Source of the DNA: Bacteroidota bacterium
GTDB lineage: Bacteria > Bacteroidota > Ignavibacteria > UBA10030 > UBA6906
Assembly: GCA_046160825.1 (NCBI GenBank)
Contig: JBJXHC010000051.1
Coordinates: 4,487-68,486, forward strand
Length of the DNA: 64,000 nucleotides
Direction of reading: 5' to 3'
The position numbers and the translations under genes are program-made. Numbering within the stretch: position 1 is the first letter of the stretch; each line of letters opens with the position of its first letter. Below the pieces are notes generated by a model. That model ran no database searches and was not told the origin of the DNA. It saw only the letters and a program-made list of their open reading frames with translations. Below are positions 1 to 7,910 of this stretch, piece by piece.

Positions 1-32
1 TCCAATTCACCGTTTCTCTTCATTGCTCTCCT

Positions 33-665
33 CTACTGCGATACGTTATGAGACATCAACCGTTGTTCCACTGATCGCCAGACATTACGTTCCACATTTT
101 CCATCGATTCCATTCCGTCGATGTGGACAAATCTGTTGGATTCCTCGTGTGCGAGGGCGATGTAGCCTTTTCGTACACGCTCATAGAATTTCTTCCCCGA
201 GCTTTCCATTCGATCGAAAGCAAGGCCTGCACTCAGCTTCCGTCGTTCAATCTCATCAATACTAATATCAATCAAGATCGTGAGATCGGGATTGAGCCCG
301 CCCGTTGCGAGACGGTTTATGGATTTCACGGCATCTAGATTAAGCCCTCTGCCATGTCCTTGATACACAGTGGTCGAGTCGAAATATCTGTCGCACACCA
401 CAACCTCGGAACGCTTGAGTGCTGGGACAATCACCTCACTTACAAGCTGGGTGCGACTTGCTGAAAAGAGAAGGAGTTCGGCGGTGTCGGTCATTTCGCT
501 GAATGCCTTGTCAAGCAGGATTTCGCGGACGCGTTCCGAGATTCTCGTCCCGCCCGGTTCGCGAATAAAATGCACCGTCTTACCTCGCTGCTGAAGCTTC
601 TCTATAAGCAGCTTCGCTTGCGTGGTCTTGCCGGAGAAATCCAATCCTTCAAAAGTAATGAACAT
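33..665 (-). CDS. tmk: thymidylate kinase
   Basis: 210 aa; N-terminal MFITFEGLDFSGKTT P-loop; LID-region and DRY-type motifs typical of Tmk. Confidence 0.9.
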   Translation of the reverse strand: MFITFEGLDFSGKTTQAKLLIEKLQQRGKTVHFIREPGGTRISERVREILLDKAFSEMTDTAELLLFSASRTQLVSEVIVPALKRSEVVVCDRYFDSTTVYQGHGRGLNLDAVKSINRLATGGLNPDLTILIDISIDEIERRKLSAGLAFDRMESSGKKFYERVRKGYIALAHEESNRFVHIDGMESMENVERNVWRSVEQRLMSHNVSQ

Positions 666-780
666 GTGTCTTCTTGCAGAGCGCGTTGTTTATCTTAATG
701 TCAGCCAACATAGCGATTTTGATTGGCCGAATCAACAAACTTGTGCCGCAAGAATCACTGATCGCGCGTTTCCTTGTGAA

Positions 781-840
781 GCAGGGTGCACTACTTACCT
801 TGCTAAACAAGGGTGCTTTCCGTACCTTGCTTCACAGAAC
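781..840. repeat. two tandem copies of GGTGC-N6-TACCTTGCT (~30-bp period) flanked by inverted 10-mers (cttgtgaagca / tgcttcacag) in the tmk-dxr divergent spacer
   Basis: Read directly: 784-803 ggtgcactacttaccttgct and 813-832 ggtgctttccgtaccttgct; third-position GC of the 674-898 reading frame is ~50% versus ~75% in the dxr core, so the region is probably non-coding leader or promoter. Confidence 0.4.
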
Positions 841-898
841 TTCACACAAAACAGCCAACGAATGTTCACTATCGCAATTCCGCGTCCGTAGTCTCGCA

Positions 899-2059
899 TT
901 GAACACCCGAAGAAATATCGCTCTCCTCGGCTCGACAGGCTCCATAGGTCGCAACAGTCTCGAGGTACTTGCCGGCTTGGATGACCGCTTCCGAGTCACC
1001 TATCTCACTGCACACAGGAATATTGATCTTCTTCTGGAACAGGTGCGGAGGTTCAAACCCCGCAGCGTTGTGGTGCTTGATGAATGCAACGCTTCGGTGA
1101 TGCGCAAGCTCCTGAACGGGACAACAGAGGTGCTGGTTGGTGATGAGGGGTTAATGGAGATCGTTCAACGCGATGATGTGGACATGGTTCTCAGCGCTCT
1201 TGTTGGATTTGCCGGCGTGCGACCGACACTCGCTGCAATTGAAGCGGGCAAGGATATTGCACTCGCCAACAAGGAAACTCTTGTGGTTGCCGGTGAGTTG
1301 ATCATGAGGAAGGTGCGGGAAAAGGGTGTCCGGCTCCTTCCCATCGATAGCGAGCATAGCGCAATTCTTCAATGTCTGAGGGGGGAAGACAACCGTGCAA
1401 TTGAGCGGCTGATTCTCACGGCGTCGGGCGGGCCATTCCTCCATCTCCCGAAAGATCAATTTGAAACTGTTTCTGTCTCTGAAGCGTTGAATCATCCAAC
1501 GTGGAAGATGGGGAACAAGATCACCATTGATTCCGCGACACTGATGAATAAAGGGCTGGAGGTGATTGAGGCGTTCTGGCTGTTCGGCGTACCGCCGGAA
1601 AAAATCGAAGTCGTCATTCACCCACAATCCATTGTTCATTCCATGGTGGAATTTGTTGACGGGTCGGTAAAAGCACAAATGGGAATCCCGGATATGAAGC
1701 TCCCGATTCAATATGCGCTGACATATCCGGATCGACCGGCATCATCGTTCAAGAAACTGGACCTTGCCGCTTTGCAACAGATGACATTCATGAAACCTGA
1801 TATGGTAAAGTTCCGGTGTCTCGCGTTGGCATTTGAGGCGCTACGAACGGGGGGAACAGCGCCGACGGTGCTGAACGCTGCAAACGAGGTAGCTGTTCAA
1901 CAGTTTCTCGACGGCCTCATTCCGTTTAGCTCGATTCCGCAAATGATAGAAGATGCCGTGCACACACACGTCCCTCTACAGGGCATAACATTGGATGACG
2001 TGATTCGTATAGACAGGGAAACACGTGAGCAGATGCGGCACCATGCCGCCATTACTTAG
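899..2059 (+). CDS. dxr: 1-deoxy-D-xylulose 5-phosphate reductoisomerase
   Basis: Conserved N-terminus NIALLGSTGSIG (NADPH-binding) lies just after an in-frame TTG at 899. The longest ORF starts at 674, but the extra 75 aa are hydrophobic, unconserved and have atypical codon usage. Remainder matches the DXR family over its full length. Confidence 0.85.
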   Translation: MNTRRNIALLGSTGSIGRNSLEVLAGLDDRFRVTYLTAHRNIDLLLEQVRRFKPRSVVVLDECNASVMRKLLNGTTEVLVGDEGLMEIVQRDDVDMVLSALVGFAGVRPTLAAIEAGKDIALANKETLVVAGELIMRKVREKGVRLLPIDSEHSAILQCLRGEDNRAIERLILTASGGPFLHLPKDQFETVSVSEALNHPTWKMGNKITIDSATLMNKGLEVIEAFWLFGVPPEKIEVVIHPQSIVHSMVEFVDGSVKAQMGIPDMKLPIQYALTYPDRPASSFKKLDLAALQQMTFMKPDMVKFRCLALAFEALRTGGTAPTVLNAANEVAVQQFLDGLIPFSSIPQMIEDAVHTHVPLQGITLDDVIRIDRETREQMRHHAAIT

Positions 2060-2072
2060 GTAAGAGGATCGT

Positions 2073-3389
2073 ATGGCTTTCTTGGAAACTGCGTTTTATT
2101 TCATTGTGACACTTGGTGTACTGGTTTTTGTGCACGAGTTCGGACATTTTATTGCGGCGAAATTATGCGGCATGCGTGTCGACCGGTTCTCGATCGGATT
2201 TCCACCGAGGGCATTTGGCATTCAGGTTGGGGAAACCGACTATTGCATCTCATGGATTCCTGTTGGTGGATACGTGAAGATCGCCGGAATGATTGATGAG
2301 AGCTTCGATATAGAGCATGTCGAAAAACCACCCGAACCGTGGGAGTATCGATCCAAGCCCATATGGCAGCGCATGATCGTCATCTCCGCCGGCGTTATCA
2401 TGAATCTCCTTCTCGCCGTGGTGATCTTCTCGGGGATCAACTACGTGCAAGGAAAAACCATTCGTGAAACTACTGAGATCGGTTATATTGCAGAAGAAAG
2501 TCCCGCCGCCATAGCTGGACTACAGCGCGGTGATAAGATTATCAGCATTAATGGTGAACCGGTCAGGCACTGGGATCAAATCCTTCAACACGTTTATGTC
2601 GAGAACATGGGAAGCGATGTTTCCTTTGTTGTTCAAAGGGGCGAAGGAACGGTCGAGCTTCACCTCCCCCGTACCAGTATCCCCGAGCCCGATGTCACCT
2701 CGTTTGGTATCATTCCAGCAAACACAGAAATTGTCGTCAGTGTTGTTGAGCCCGGCAAACCTGCAGACCAACTTGGCCTCAAGCCCATGGATGTGATATT
2801 ATCTTTGAATGGGATTCCGGTTGAGTATGATCAGAAGCTGAGAACGATAGTCAAAGAAAGCGCCGGCAAACCACTTAACGTCGAGTGGCGACGCGGTACG
2901 GAAATAATGAGCGGAACGACGACACCAAGTGAGGATGGGCGCATTGGAATAGCGTTCGGAGCGCGATACACCGGACCCGTCACCAGACTGGAATATTCTT
3001 TGTTTGAAGCAGTTCCAGAGGGGGTGAAGGACATTGTTGGCGCGACCGGGCTTTTCTTTCAACAGATGGGACAGCTGGTAACCGGCAAAGCGGCCTTCTC
3101 TCAATCGGTCGGCGGCCCAATCAAAATTGCTCAAATGGCAACCCAGACCGCGGAGATGGGACTCATAACATATCTCGGCTTCATGGCTCTTCTTAGCATA
3201 AGTTTGGCGTTGTTGAACATTCTCCCGTTTCCTGCGTTGGACGGTGGGCATCTCGTCTTCCTCATCTATGAGGGAGTATTCCGGCGTGAGATTCCCGTGA
3301 AGATCAGACTGGGGTTACAAAAGGCGGGGTTTGCCCTCTTGCTCGCCTTTATGGCCTTTGTGGTATATAATGACATACTGAATTTCTGA
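2073..3389 (+). CDS. rseP: RIP zinc metalloprotease (site-2 protease) RseP
   Basis: 438 aa; HEFGH zinc motif at the N-terminus, internal PDZ-like regions, C-terminal LDGG motif and TM helices; the dxr-rseP pairing is conserved. Confidence 0.9.
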   Translation: MAFLETAFYFIVTLGVLVFVHEFGHFIAAKLCGMRVDRFSIGFPPRAFGIQVGETDYCISWIPVGGYVKIAGMIDESFDIEHVEKPPEPWEYRSKPIWQRMIVISAGVIMNLLLAVVIFSGINYVQGKTIRETTEIGYIAEESPAAIAGLQRGDKIISINGEPVRHWDQILQHVYVENMGSDVSFVVQRGEGTVELHLPRTSIPEPDVTSFGIIPANTEIVVSVVEPGKPADQLGLKPMDVILSLNGIPVEYDQKLRTIVKESAGKPLNVEWRRGTEIMSGTTTPSEDGRIGIAFGARYTGPVTRLEYSLFEAVPEGVKDIVGATGLFFQQMGQLVTGKAAFSQSVGGPIKIAQMATQTAEMGLITYLGFMALLSISLALLNILPFPALDGGHLVFLIYEGVFRREIPVKIRLGLQKAGFALLLAFMAFVVYNDILNF

Positions 3390-3417
3390 TGCATTGAGGC
3401 CATTCCGGACTTATCCT

Positions 3418-3458
3418 GAGAGCCACTTCACAACACGTGATGTGGCTCTCAACGTTTT
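3418..3458 (+). terminator. hairpin (gagagccac...gtggctctc, 13-bp stem with one mismatch) followed by TTTT, downstream of rseP
   Basis: Inverted repeat read directly 29 bp after the rseP stop; the U-tract is short. Confidence 0.4.
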
Positions 3459-3467
3459 ACCCGTTGT

Positions 3468-3496
3468 TTGCAATAGTCGCTTCTATTTGTTATACT
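3468..3496 (+). promoter_or_regulatory. sigma70-like promoter candidate TTGCAA-17bp-TATACT upstream of the 3528 ORF
   Basis: Hexamers and spacing read directly; the promoter consensus for this lineage is unknown. Confidence 0.25.
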
Positions 3497-3527
3497 TTGG
3501 CGTATTCTTGAAGGACTATTACATATT

Positions 3528-4613
3528 ATGCACAACAAGTTGGGGGTTAGCATGATGCGTGGTTCTCTTCGTTTTCTTCGCCTCCCCCTTGCATTGATTG
3601 TCGTGATGTTCCCGCTTCGATCGTTGGGACAAATAACATTTCAGACGGTCCCTGCACCGGTACAATCCCTTTCAATCAACGACATTGACTTTATAAATTC
3701 CACTACACCAAAATGGATATTCAGCGTCATCATGACCTCGTCCTCACCCACACCGGTTGATGGGGTGACGATGGAAATGAAGCTGTCTGCCTATTTGTCC
3801 ACGGGCGAACAGTTTGAAGACCTGGTTTTTCTTAGCACTGATCAATTTACCGTAACCGGCAGCAGAACGATTACAAACCTGGATCTCAAGGACGAGAACC
3901 TTAGGGGTGAGTATATTGTCGATGAAAACGGAAAAACCAAGCTTGAGGACATTGCACTTTCTTCCGGCGTTGTTCCGGCTGGGAAGTATCGCTTTGCAGT
4001 CCAGGTTTTTGTGGATGGCGTGCCCCAACAGGGCGATGGTGATTTCTCGCTCCTCCTTACAAACCCATCCGGGGTTGAACTTCTTTCACCGTCCGATGGG
4101 GACAACTATGTGAGCCAGTACCCTTTGTTCCAGTGGCAAGGGGATGCAACGTCGTGGCGTATCTCCATATTCCAGAAACTCCCCGGACAGGGCAGCCTTG
4201 AAGAAAGCGCTTCGGGCATTCCACACTTGATGTCGAATACTGATGGCTTGTCATTCCAATACCCCGGTAGCGGTGCCCGACTTCTCGAAACGGGAAATAC
4301 ATACGTTTGGTTCGTCGAAGGTCTCAGAGGGGTGGCGGGTGGAACAACACAGACGATCAAAAGCCCGTTGCGATCATTTCAAGTCTCATCGGCAACCGGT
4401 TCCGGAAATACCATCTCCGCTTTGCTCGACGAGTTGGAGCGGGTGCTTGGTTCACGGTATCAGGGAGTCATAGACGAAATGCGACAGCAAGAGTTGACAT
4501 CTTCAGGTATCATACGTCTCAATGGTTCCCCCATTACGGCGGCAGAGTTGACTTCCATTCTCAATGCTCTCCGCAGTTCTCCGGAAACTGTTTCATCCGT
4601 AGTTCTTGAATAA
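3528..4613 (+). CDS. secreted hypothetical protein (signal peptide; no recognisable domain)
   Basis: 361-aa ORF with hydrophobic N-terminal leader (LRLPLALIVVMFPLRSLGQ); 9 bp upstream of the FecR-domain gene. Confidence 0.6.
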   Translation: MHNKLGVSMMRGSLRFLRLPLALIVVMFPLRSLGQITFQTVPAPVQSLSINDIDFINSTTPKWIFSVIMTSSSPTPVDGVTMEMKLSAYLSTGEQFEDLVFLSTDQFTVTGSRTITNLDLKDENLRGEYIVDENGKTKLEDIALSSGVVPAGKYRFAVQVFVDGVPQQGDGDFSLLLTNPSGVELLSPSDGDNYVSQYPLFQWQGDATSWRISIFQKLPGQGSLEESASGIPHLMSNTDGLSFQYPGSGARLLETGNTYVWFVEGLRGVAGGTTQTIKSPLRSFQVSSATGSGNTISALLDELERVLGSRYQGVIDEMRQQELTSSGIIRLNGSPITAAELTSILNALRSSPETVSSVVLE

Positions 4614-4622
4614 GGGGGTACC

Positions 4623-5315
4623 ATGAAAACCTTTTCTCTCGGCCTGTTACTCATCACGGTTACTCTTCTAGTGCCGGTGATTGCCGCTGAACCACCGACG
4701 GGATCCGTCGCGTTGGTAAGCAAAGTGATTCTCGATGTGTCGCGCAAAGAAAGCGATAAGACCTGGCAGACCGCAAAACGTGGTGAAACTCTCTCGACGG
4801 GGGACAAGGTGAAGACCGGAGAGAAGTCGCTCGCTGTCATTAAGTTTAAGGATAACAGCCTCGTGCGCGTCAGGGAGCGCTCCGAACTGACGGTCACCGG
4901 CGAGGTCAATCGCGGTGCGTTCTCCAAATCAGTGAACATGGAGAAGGGTGTCGTCGGGTTCAACATCAAGAAACAGCAGACTGATGAGGAGTTCCGGTTT
5001 ACCTCCCCAACTTCGGTCGCCTCGATTCGGGGAACGGGTGGTCAGTTCACGTCCAGCGCCGCCGCTGATACGTTGACGGTCATCGAAGGGCTGGTCCGGT
5101 TGACCAACAAACTCTCGTCCGAATTCGTGGACGTCGGGGCGGGCTTTACCGGGATCTCCAACCCGAACGGGAGTGTGGAAGCGCGACCAGCAACGCCTGA
5201 GGAACAACAGGCGGCACTCGAAGCATCAAAAATCTCCGATCAGGAAAACAGATTGGAATTTGAGTTCCGTGATGGGCAAGGCAACAGAAAAATGTTGAAG
5301 ATCGAATACAAATAG
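4623..5315 (+). CDS. FecR-domain periplasmic protein
   Basis: 230 aa; signal peptide followed by a G-x-V/W-x-G-x-L-x-GD-x-V-x-T-x-S-A-x-I-F-x-D-S-x-V beta-rich pattern typical of the FecR (PF04773) fold. Confidence 0.7.
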   Translation: MKTFSLGLLLITVTLLVPVIAAEPPTGSVALVSKVILDVSRKESDKTWQTAKRGETLSTGDKVKTGEKSLAVIKFKDNSLVRVRERSELTVTGEVNRGAFSKSVNMEKGVVGFNIKKQQTDEEFRFTSPTSVASIRGTGGQFTSSAAADTLTVIEGLVRLTNKLSSEFVDVGAGFTGISNPNGSVEARPATPEEQQAALEASKISDQENRLEFEFRDGQGNRKMLKIEYK

Positions 5316-5322
5316 CTATCGT

Positions 5323-5359
5323 AGATCTGCCCGATATGACAACCATCGGGGACAGATCT
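5323..5359 (+). terminator. hairpin agatctgcccgat...atcggggacagatct after the FecR-domain gene (no clear U-tract)
   Basis: Inverted repeat read directly; may be an attenuator or processing site rather than an intrinsic terminator. Confidence 0.3.
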
Positions 5360-5449
5360 CGCGAAGGTGGCTTGACATACAGGCCCTGTGGATAAAATTC
5401 TATGGGGCCTTCTCATATTCTGAACACGATATCATAGGCTCTGCATTTC

Positions 5450-7894
5450 ATGACACTCCCCTGTCCTGAAGTAGTTCTGCGGCAATGTGCACGCGCGTGC
5501 TTCCTCTTTCTCTCCATTATTTTTCTTTATCCCCGGCTCTCTGTTGCGCAGGAAACAGGCAATGTTATTGTCCATGCCCCTTTGGAGACGACCGCCGACA
5601 CACCGCTCCACATTGCCATTGATTTGCTGCACGGTGAAATGATTGAGAAGGCATTTTTTCTCTATCGCACTTTCGGATCAAGCGATTACACGCGACTGGA
5701 GATGGATTTACGCGGCAATACCGGAAGCATCCATCTGCTGCCGGAGGATGTGCGGTCACCATTTATCGAGTACTATTTTGTGTTCCAAACCAGAAGCGGT
5801 GCTCTTGAAGCATTCCCGCAAAGCCCTCTTCCCGATCCGATCTCACGGCCGCCGGTCTCAACCCTGAAGATTACCGTGCGCCCGGAGGATGTCGATGATC
5901 CCCAGATAATCTTCCTCAGTCCGGACCCAAATGCTGCTCTCGCTCCCGAGGACATAATCGTCTCCGTTTCCCTACTGCGTGCCGACACCTCAGTGGACAT
6001 TCCGGCAACTCGTCTCTTGATTGACGATGCCGATGTCACGGCAGAGGCCGTGTTCAGCGACGACATCATCGTATACGTGCCGGAGAACTTTTCGCATCGC
6101 CTGGCACCAGGACGTCATCGGGCTATTCTTCGACTTTTTACAAAGGATGGCAAGCCGTATAGAAGCAGCGGCATTTCTTTTTTCGTTCACGGTGAGTATG
6201 TCGGTGATGTAGTTGAGGAAAGCGATATTCAGTACGGAGTCTCCACCCAACTCGAGTCACGTCATGAACGAGTGAGCGGTGTGGGCACCTGGTTCAACCG
6301 GGGTGGCGTTCAACTCTCCGCGCGCAAAGGGGATTGGACGGCGCGCTCAAATGTCTTCATCACATCGGACGAGGAGTCGAATCGGCAGCCACAGAATCGC
6401 TTCTTTGCAGGGGTTTCTTCCTCATGGATCAGCGCGGGATATGGAGATCGCTATCCGAACATCTCGGACCTTATTCTCAATGGCAAACGTGTCCGGGGTT
6501 TGCACTCCAGCCTGACTCTGGGATTCCTGAATGTTGACATGACGCTTGGCAAGACAACCCGGGCCATTGAAGGAAGCCTTCTGAAAGTGATTGGCGCGGA
6601 CACGGTGGCCTTGGAGCAACAACGGGATCCAAATTCGGCGTATGCGCAAATCGACCAGCAAACATGGGGTAAATTCAGCTATGGCACATTCGAGCGTGAT
6701 CTGTTTGCGATACGGCCAAGCTTCGGTTCCGGGAAGACCTGGCAGTTCGGACTGTCGTGGCTGAAATCGAAAGATGACATGCAGTCCATACGGTTCGGTA
6801 CGCGCCCACAGGAGAACCTTGTCGTCGGGACAGACTTCTTTGTCCGGATCATGAACAACGTCGAGTTGGCTGGTGAGGCTGCGTTCAGCGCGTTCAACTC
6901 GGATATCTCGAGCGGTAATTTCACGGATGCGTATATCGACTCCGTCTATCCCGATGATGCGCAGGCAATCAAGGATGCGCGAAACATTCTCGACAATTTC
7001 ATCACGGTAAACGATAACCTGCGCCCTCTTTCATTTAAGAAACCCGCCACGCTCGCGTATAATCTCTCACTCGCATTCAACGTCCTGGATAATGCACTCA
7101 AGGCAACATACCTCTTCCGCGGGAGTGAGTACAACTCTTTTGGTCAGACATTCCTCCGGAATGACATCAAGGGTTTCAATATTAACGACAGAATCCGGCT
7201 CGCCGACAACCAGGTGTTCGTCACACTCGGCTATGAACGGCTCGAAGACAACACTGTGGACACCAAGCCTTCGACAACCGTGTTTTCCACCATCAATGCT
7301 GCTGTAAGTTATTTGCCGCGCGTATCGGCACCATCGGTGACTCTGGGATACACACATATCGACAACACAACCGATCTCGCAAGTGCCGACACTCTATTCG
7401 CACTCAGTGCATTGGATGACCGCACGCATCGCCTCTTCCTCCAATCATCTTACCGGTTCCATCTTGGAGTGGAGCAGATTGCTTCGATGACGTTCTCGAC
7501 TTCGGATAGAAAAGATCGATCTATTAGGAGACTTGATGTAACAAGTCTGAGCGTGGGGTTTGCAGTAACATCAACATTCAACATTCCGCTGCAGACAAGT
7601 GTGGAGTTTGTTTCGTACCAGAACGATCTTCCCGGCACAACTCCGGGCTCTGTCCAGGAATTCAACTATTCCACCTTCACCTTGAGCGGCAGATACGGCA
7701 TTGTGAAGGACATCCTGATCACACGCTGTGCAATCAGTCCGACGTTTGGAAACTTCACCCGAACACTGATATCTGCGGGCACGGATTGGACAGTGATCCC
7801 CGCAATGACGTTCCTCCTCGACTACAGTTACTTCCACCAGGAAAGCGGTTTCAATGACTCCATCTGGAGCCTGCGATACCGCTACGATCTCTAA
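5450..7894 (+). CDS. large (814 aa) secreted/outer-membrane protein, probable beta-barrel
   Basis: N-terminal signal peptide (cleavage near SVAQ/ETGN). The long C-terminal region has alternating hydrophobic/aromatic beta-strand patterning. Its stop is 16 bp before the CHASE2 cyclase start. Confidence 0.55.
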   Translation: MTLPCPEVVLRQCARACFLFLSIIFLYPRLSVAQETGNVIVHAPLETTADTPLHIAIDLLHGEMIEKAFFLYRTFGSSDYTRLEMDLRGNTGSIHLLPEDVRSPFIEYYFVFQTRSGALEAFPQSPLPDPISRPPVSTLKITVRPEDVDDPQIIFLSPDPNAALAPEDIIVSVSLLRADTSVDIPATRLLIDDADVTAEAVFSDDIIVYVPENFSHRLAPGRHRAILRLFTKDGKPYRSSGISFFVHGEYVGDVVEESDIQYGVSTQLESRHERVSGVGTWFNRGGVQLSARKGDWTARSNVFITSDEESNRQPQNRFFAGVSSSWISAGYGDRYPNISDLILNGKRVRGLHSSLTLGFLNVDMTLGKTTRAIEGSLLKVIGADTVALEQQRDPNSAYAQIDQQTWGKFSYGTFERDLFAIRPSFGSGKTWQFGLSWLKSKDDMQSIRFGTRPQENLVVGTDFFVRIMNNVELAGEAAFSAFNSDISSGNFTDAYIDSVYPDDAQAIKDARNILDNFITVNDNLRPLSFKKPATLAYNLSLAFNVLDNALKATYLFRGSEYNSFGQTFLRNDIKGFNINDRIRLADNQVFVTLGYERLEDNTVDTKPSTTVFSTINAAVSYLPRVSAPSVTLGYTHIDNTTDLASADTLFALSALDDRTHRLFLQSSYRFHLGVEQIASMTFSTSDRKDRSIRRLDVTSLSVGFAVTSTFNIPLQTSVEFVSYQNDLPGTTPGSVQEFNYSTFTLSGRYGIVKDILITRCAISPTFGNFTRTLISAGTDWTVIPAMTFLLDYSYFHQESGFNDSIWSLRYRYDL

Positions 7895-7910
7895 CCACTC
7901 CTTCGCCGGC

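Noticed and set aside
674-898. Longer dxr ORF starting at the ATG at 674 (and overlapping ORF 622-891)
   Set aside because: The added N-terminus is hydrophobic and unconserved, the conserved DXR N-terminus begins right after the TTG at 899, and codon GC3 drops to ~50% in the extension.
666-898. Possible small RNA (SRP/4.5S-like) in the tmk-dxr spacer because of gaagcagg/ggtgc motifs
   Set aside because: The conserved SRP domain-IV motifs (GGAAGCAGCCAAGG, GUGCUGUUU) are not present and no tRNA-like T-loop (GGTTCGAAT) was found. I kept only the repeat observation.
5387-5395. Perfect DnaA box TGTGGATAA upstream of the OMP gene, ~48 kb from the origin
   Set aside because: A single isolated 9-mer is expected by chance at roughly this density. 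It may overlap a promoter (TTGACA-15bp-TAAAAT), but there is no cluster, so it is not called as a regulatory site.
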